Assembly: GCA_951406725.2 (NCBI GenBank)
Contig: OX597843.1
Location: forward strand, 18,352,001 to 18,416,000
Direction of reading: 5' to 3'
Length of the DNA stretch: 64,000 nucleotides
DNA from: Octopus vulgaris
Lineage: Eukaryota
Shown here: piece by piece, positions 63,775 to 64,000 of the stretch
How the letters are laid out: the number at the start of each line of letters is the position of its first letter
Numbering within the stretch: position 1 is the stretch's first letter
Made by a program: the position numbers and the translations under genes
Notes under the pieces: generated by a model
The model's database searches: none
Told to the model about the DNA's origin: nothing
Seen by the model: only the letters and a program-made list of their open reading frames with translations

Positions 63775-64000
63775 TTATTGGGTGAAAGACCAGCGCATGC
63801 CACCAAAATGACACTAGGGTAAAATATAGGAAGCCCAATATACCCATCATGACTCCCTGTCTGATAAGGGTATACCAGGTATATGCATCACGACCACATG
63901 TGCGCAACATGGTAATCTTATATCAAGATAAACAGTGCATGATCTTGCAGGTGGAGCCCAGTTAGAATTTTCTTCAGGCTCAGTAGCCCATCCTTTTCAA
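63775..64000 (-). mobile_element. Second copy of the (TAA)n-flanked repeat at 22630-23190
   Basis: Reverse complement of about 22965-23190. Confidence 0.7.

Overview
Eukaryotic, AT-rich, microsatellite-dense DNA. The SINE families and repeat landscape suggest an octopus or other cephalopod (inference). Almost every ORF in the supplied track is a low-complexity artefact. 1-25 kb is intergenic and holds: three diverged copies of a local segmental unit, tRNA-type SINEs, solo LTRs, a decayed hAT (Buster/Charlie-like) element split by a solo LTR, a decayed mariner, a near full-length disrupted L1/Tx1 LINE, R4/Dong-type LINE pieces in (TAA)n, and a non-autonomous Helitron. From 25.6 kb a + strand gene that the ORF track almost entirely misses can be assembled by hand: a signal peptide/LRRNT exon followed by 22 exons of exactly 72 nt. 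All 22 are phase 2-2, bounded by AG and GTAAG, stop-free, and each encodes one 24-aa leucine-rich repeat. Twenty-one of them are tandem exon+intron cassette duplicates in five families (order A B A D E B C C E B C C B C D E B D E B D). They are embedded in (CTT)n tracts, show mosaicism, and differ mostly by amino-acid changes, many at the variable LRR surface positions. This looks like a rapidly remodelling, potentially combinatorial LRR receptor array. The gene continues past the window end.
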